IMG/VR virus record: IMGVR_UViG_3300027985_000661
Coordinates: 1-64,000 of that record
Source: a virus
Length of the DNA: 64,000 nucleotides
Strand: one strand, 5' to 3'
Below, piece by piece: positions 63,301 through 64,000 of this stretch. Under the pieces are notes generated by a model. It ran no database searches. It saw only the letters and a program-made list of their open reading frames with translations, and was not told the origin of the DNA. Numbering within the stretch: position 1 is the first letter of the stretch; every line of letters begins with the position of its first letter. The position numbers and the translations under genes are program-made.

Positions 63301-64000
63301 AGAAAGATTTAACTAAAAGTGGTAAAAACTCTCAATTACTTGTTCAATACGAACAGTTTCTTAAATCCCTACTATACGGCCAAACGAAAATAGATCATGG
63401 GGAATGGGACGTGTTAGGATATAAAATAGATAAAGCAAAAGTAGGGGATAACCTTAATAAGTTCACTGCTTATAATATGTTAGGTTTCAATATGTTACAG
63501 GCCGTATCTAACGTTACGTTAGGTGAAACTACTCAAATATTGGAGGCTAAAGCAGGTTCTAAATTTAATATGCAAGATTTACATGATGCTACAGTAGAGT
63601 ACTATGCTAAGATGCCTGAGATAGTAGGTGATATAGGCCTTAGGGCTCCTGAGTCTAAAATAGGCCTATTAAACGAGAAATTCGATATACTTAACGAATA
63701 TGAAGGCGGAGTATATAGAAAGAACACTAGGTGGTCTAATTTGATGAATTCTAGTGCGTTATTCTTCATGTCTCATGCAGGTGAGCATTTTATGCAGACA
63801 CGTGTAATGATGGCAATGCTAAAGAAGAAAAGGGCATTTGATAAAGAAGGTAACGACATAGGTAGTATATACGATATGTACTCTACTGAAAATAATAAAT
63901 TGGTGTTAGACGAGAGGGTAGATATAGTAAAATCAGGATGGGATGAAGAAAATCAAATACTATTTGGAGAGGAAGTAAAAGCTTTACTAATGACCTTGCA
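60336..64000 (+). CDS. Large virion/cargo protein with zincin motif, truncated by the window end
   Basis: MSCPNKNLIDYQRLVDSLGE... from ATG 60336, with in-frame GHEFGH (His codon at 61038). Absent from the track, consistent with no stop before 64000; not checked codon by codon. Confidence 0.8.
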   Translation, partial: MSCPNKNLIDYQRLVDSLGEKGAFHVFIKNGNKVPYIQNREQNRFIWDVENKFGLVDWPSTNIKGLNQKQYKGFDRFTTEKLINQIREQYVGDYTIKRVSPYGKGEFGLKIEGTPVSKEELDSFYPTLEHSEALHKYLYYKEFQIREEEANEDILPLDTYDQKIMDLSSGNSDLRISKRGVEKTLLKMQATLMSNMPRIKEVIYDSTLEVAGRLEAGGEIIKVNPEYMTTDTLGHEFGHLLIDLRGGLRDPFILQAIEQLENTELAQGVRERYPELKGTEKLQKEILAQAIGKEVVDLFQEQEENNKFERWLLRLFRWLKSRLGIEKNNARELAGMLIGEVSLDESKFLFSPSDYPQEQKLAEDGDIVDEELEDRKDALENLQTAAKIKNKYQQIRDKAIDLINTRIRRETSAGRAGSLQSLKEVLEKLQNEGIDDKIAIASFVDNAVTAINSIYKDYKIRKEEYDNGDPDAITIKMLNRWTNILSAYDTLDTVSYSIMEDEFNVEGISKEDLNNMRRDVDDAIKKKNLVKELYKTLGGDLMSKTLARYTTKILAEKRNQFKREWLSKNKNDYSKTKDRNKALQEATDAYMKDKISDLTEETTIKLRAEMQKASTGDINMLAAWFDTVLDTDDMVVGAMVKKFVIADRKARQRAIDFRNRMLPILKELEQFTGYTTNTAPEKMYDFMLEKNEKGEYTGHVLSQFSSGLINEFDRIKREYQDLPEKERRIEVYKWKQENMPTNEAKKTKAFQEFLGELKDSKIINEEDIKRINSNLELPFERQKNPESFLSFEAANEITTWFRSNSFKFREPTSKWENKEWRQLERILEDKNDPRTKFYELIAEAKNEADSQLPFNKRQHDRLPFVIKSTRERMLSGQTLKNIVQDKIKDLTQVREDDTERGSVLTDENDKPIDFVPIHYIRSSDYNVNDQSFDLATVYYKYFKMATNYGEKSDLIAEAEYTKKIISEREMPVYDSKGNPIKAYLGNLSQKDLTKSGKNSQLLVQYEQFLKSLLYGQTKIDHGEWDVLGYKIDKAKVGDNLNKFTAYNMLGFNMLQAVSNVTLGETTQILEAKAGSKFNMQDLHDATVEYYAKMPEIVGDIGLRAPESKIGLLNEKFDILNEYEGGVYRKNTRWSNLMNSSALFFMSHAGEHFMQTRVMMAMLKKKRAFDKEGNDIGSIYDMYSTENNKLVLDERVDIVKSGWDEENQILFGEEVKALLMTL

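Noticed and set aside
1-64000. Stop-codon reassignment (TAG or TGA), as in some crAss-like clades
   Set aside because: Long genes are intact in the standard code, and TAG/TGA stops coincide with the starts of the next genes. The one apparent break (56838) is explained by the intron.
1-64000. tRNA, tmRNA or hammerhead ribozyme genes
   Set aside because: No intergenic T-loop (GTTCRA) with an acceptor stem and no CTGANGA/GAAA core was found by eye. A covariance scan could still find divergent cases.
4304-64000. Many short minus-strand and nested ORFs in the track
   Set aside because: They are shadows of long plus-strand genes, without independent motifs or start contexts.

Overview
This window is a 64-kb segment of a crAss-like bacteriophage (order Crassvirales). 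The host is probably Bacteroidota, judging from A-rich start regions without Shine-Dalgarno sites, and the standard genetic code is used. Positions 1-3974 hold small leftward (minus-strand) genes separated by stem-loops. A G-tract/(AT)n divergent region at about 3975-4300 may mark the physical genome end. Everything to the right is on the plus strand. First comes an accessory block (ferritin, a candidate stand-alone ncRNA, several tiny Cys-rich proteins, MazG-like, HExxH peptidase, GroES-like, RepL-like wHTH, IHF/HU-like). The virion module follows: putative TerS, TerL, portal, scaffold-like, MCP, four tandem ring-protein paralogues, auxiliary capsid protein, fibres, lysis genes, further ring proteins and the muzzle. 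Last come the ejected cargo proteins and a giant virion RNA polymerase. The main observations are: (1) the RNAP gene is split inside its catalytic DFDID motif by an 828-nt group I intron (56817-57644) carrying an HNH-AP2 homing endonuclease, and splicing restores a protein of about 4322 aa; (2) an ECF-sigma-like promoter motif G(T/A)AAC-N16-18-CGT occurs seven times, once inside the intron; (3) one of these promoters sits in front of a structured region of about 250 nt with no sizeable ORF, just after ferritin. All product calls come from motif recognition and gene order; no database searches were run.
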